64,000 bases of DNA, taken from NCBI RefSeq assembly GCF_039654945.1, contig NW_027361676.1:76136001-76200000 (forward strand). The letters are read 5' to 3'. The stretch's first letter is position 1. Every line of letters begins with the position of its first letter. The stretch is from Dendrobates tinctorius. Its lineage: Eukaryota. Positions 63,748 through 64,000 of the stretch are shown here, piece after piece. Under the pieces are notes generated by a model that was not told the origin of the DNA, did not search any database, and saw only the letters and a program-made list of their open reading frames with translations. The position numbers were made by a program, and so were the translations under genes.

Positions 63748-64000
63748 CTAGCTAAAATGTGGGATACAGCAGGCTTTTTCACATATAGCTACTGAAAAAA
63801 TATTGTTTAGAATGCTATACTCGTGCATGGAGCACAATAGGAGCAGTGCACAACACACTTGTAGGACACGTGCCCTGCTGACTTTGTCTGTGGAGCTCAG
63901 TAATGACCCAAAAAAAATTCCGGAAGGTAAATTTTACAGCCACACTGGACACTATCTAGTTACACTATCTGACTGATATACAACCGCCTAACTAAGTAGC

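Noticed and set aside
14366-63762. Shared sequence motif among the 14-15 bp TSDs (TGTG/TGTT)
   Set aside because: Not consistent once insertion orientation is considered; n=5 is too small.

Overview
Eukaryotic, repeat-dense vertebrate DNA. The element repertoire (T2/Kolobok and piggyBac-type TTAA elements, frog-type hAT and Harbinger MITEs, L1/Tx1, L2, Rex1, Penelope) points to an anuran genome; this is inference. I found no intact host gene, and the long ORFs at 28.9-31.4 kb and 33.1-37.6 kb are read-through of minisatellites. Most of the window resolves into nested transposons with readable TSDs. The main result is five short insertions sharing one architecture: 14-15 bp TSD, no poly(A), and an inverted arm at the presumed 5' end (14380-15213, 23603-24572, 38140-38970, 38168-38590, 63457-63747). 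At least one is a Penelope pseudo-LTR with a hammerhead motif. One carries the spliced 5' end of a cellular mRNA (b3gat3: [32 protein letters not shown]) as a spacer-less palindrome, suggesting Penelope-type fold-back retrocopying of host mRNAs. Also present: a complete, young, non-coding LTR element (5556-9156) with an 11-nt Tf1/sushi-type self-priming PBS; a four-deep nest in a DD35E Tc1; hAT elements carrying kb-scale minisatellites; and piggyBac-type elements carrying telomere-like repeats.
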